From Promethearchaeota archaeon (GTDB lineage Archaea > Asgardarchaeota > Lokiarchaeia > Sigyniarchaeales > SOKP01), in the NCBI GenBank assembly GCA_048941265.1, contig JBHLNT010000076.1, forward strand, positions 1 through 18,452: a DNA stretch of 18,452 bases. The letters are read 5' to 3'. Positions 17,714 to 18,452 of the stretch are shown piece after piece (the first letter of the stretch is position 1; each line of letters opens with the position of its first letter). Position numbers and translations under genes: made by a program. The notes beneath the pieces were generated by a model. That model did not search any database. It was not told the origin of the DNA and was given only the letters and a program-made list of their open reading frames with translations.

Positions 17714-18247
17714 ATGACTGAAATGATTAAAAAAAATTCTAGTGAGTTAGATAGGAATTTTCGCTATGAAATTAGCGAGAAGGTTGGTGCCAAATCATTA
17801 TTAAAATGCATTCAATGCGGAGTTTGCAGTTCTGGTTGCACTGTAACAGAATATGTGGATATGCAACCCCACAGAGTTGTTGCTTCCTGCCTTTTAGGTT
17901 TGAGAGAAGAAGTGTTAGCAAGTCAAGCCATTTGGACATGTTCTTTATGCCATAGATGTACTGAACGATGCCCGAAGAATGTGGATTATTCTTTTATCTT
18001 AGCTCTTTTACGAAATATGGCAGTTAAGGAAGGAAAAATTCCAAAAGAATATTCGGGAACAGTAGTAACAATCTATAATAATGGATTTGTGGTACCTTAT
18101 ACAGGTGGTTTAAAAGATAATATAGATAGGCGGAGAAAAAGAATGGGATTACCTAATCTTATACCACCTAATTTAAATGAAATAAGATTAATTATCGAAG
18201 AAACAGGACTTGGAGATCTCGCAAAAGGAAAGGAGGGTGATAAATGA
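17714..18247 (+). CDS. hdrC: Heterodisulfide reductase subunit C
   Basis: CIQCGVCSSGC and WTCSLCHRCTERCP 2x[4Fe-4S] motifs, RRRKRMGLP tail, position between hdrA and hdrB. Confidence 0.93.
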   Translation: MTEMIKKNSSELDRNFRYEISEKVGAKSLLKCIQCGVCSSGCTVTEYVDMQPHRVVASCLLGLREEVLASQAIWTCSLCHRCTERCPKNVDYSFILALLRNMAVKEGKIPKEYSGTVVTIYNNGFVVPYTGGLKDNIDRRRKRMGLPNLIPPNLNEIRLIIEETGLGDLAKGKEGDK

Positions 18248-18452
18248 TGGAGTATGCATTATTTTTAGGATGCACAATACCTTTAAAGCTTCCCCATCTG
18301 GAGAAAGCATTTCGTCAGGTTGCCAGTATTTTAGATTTAAAGTTAAAAGAAATGGAAGGTGTTAGCTGTTGTCCTGAACCTGTATCTTTACAATCGCTAA
18401 ATATCGATACTTGGATGGCTTTAGGCGCAAGAAATTTAGCAATCGCAGAAAA
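18244..18452 (+). CDS. hdrB: Heterodisulfide reductase subunit B (CCG domain), partial at the window end
   Basis: Manual translation MMEYALFLGCTIPLKLPHLEKAFRQVASILDLKLKEMEGVSCCPEPVSLQSLNIDTWMALGARNLAIAE, with FLGC, SCCP and ARNLAIAE motifs; ATGA overlap with the hdrC stop. Not in the ORF track. Confidence 0.93.
   Translation, partial: MMEYALFLGCTIPLKLPHLEKAFRQVASILDLKLKEMEGVSCCPEPVSLQSLNIDTWMALGARNLAIAE

Overview
AT-rich archaeal chromosomal segment. Its gene content points to an Asgard archaeon, most likely Lokiarchaeia/Promethearchaeota (inference): a group II chaperonin, a longin-like protein, an MglA/Arf-like small GTPase, a stand-alone 7TM protein, a vWA-RING/PHD protein, GTP-PEPCK and an HdrA-MvhD/HdrC/HdrB operon. 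Gene order: partial Lrp/AsnC regulator (-, not in the ORF track), divergent thermosome subunit, GH4 glycosidase, 5'-truncated HDAC-family hydrolase, secreted C45/Ntn hydrolase, TIM-barrel (AKR-like) protein, a three-gene 3TM + 3TM + longin operon (-), a small amphipathic helical protein, pckG, vWA-zinc finger (-), 7TM protein, GTPase-wHTH (-), then hdrA-mvhD, hdrC and partial hdrB. Main leads: (1) two coupled 3-TM proteins that resemble the two halves of the 7TM protein in the same window, in an operon with a longin domain, suggesting a split ('semi-7TM') receptor/longin/GTPase signalling module; (2) two genes whose conserved N-termini have no in-frame ATG/GTG/TTG and appear to start at ATT behind a Shine-Dalgarno site; (3) a small GTPase with a natural Q-to-L change in G3 and a probable winged-helix tail; (4) a vWA-C4HC3-zinc ribbon protein with an Ssl1/p44-like layout. 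I saw no CRISPR array, rRNA, tRNA or mobile element.
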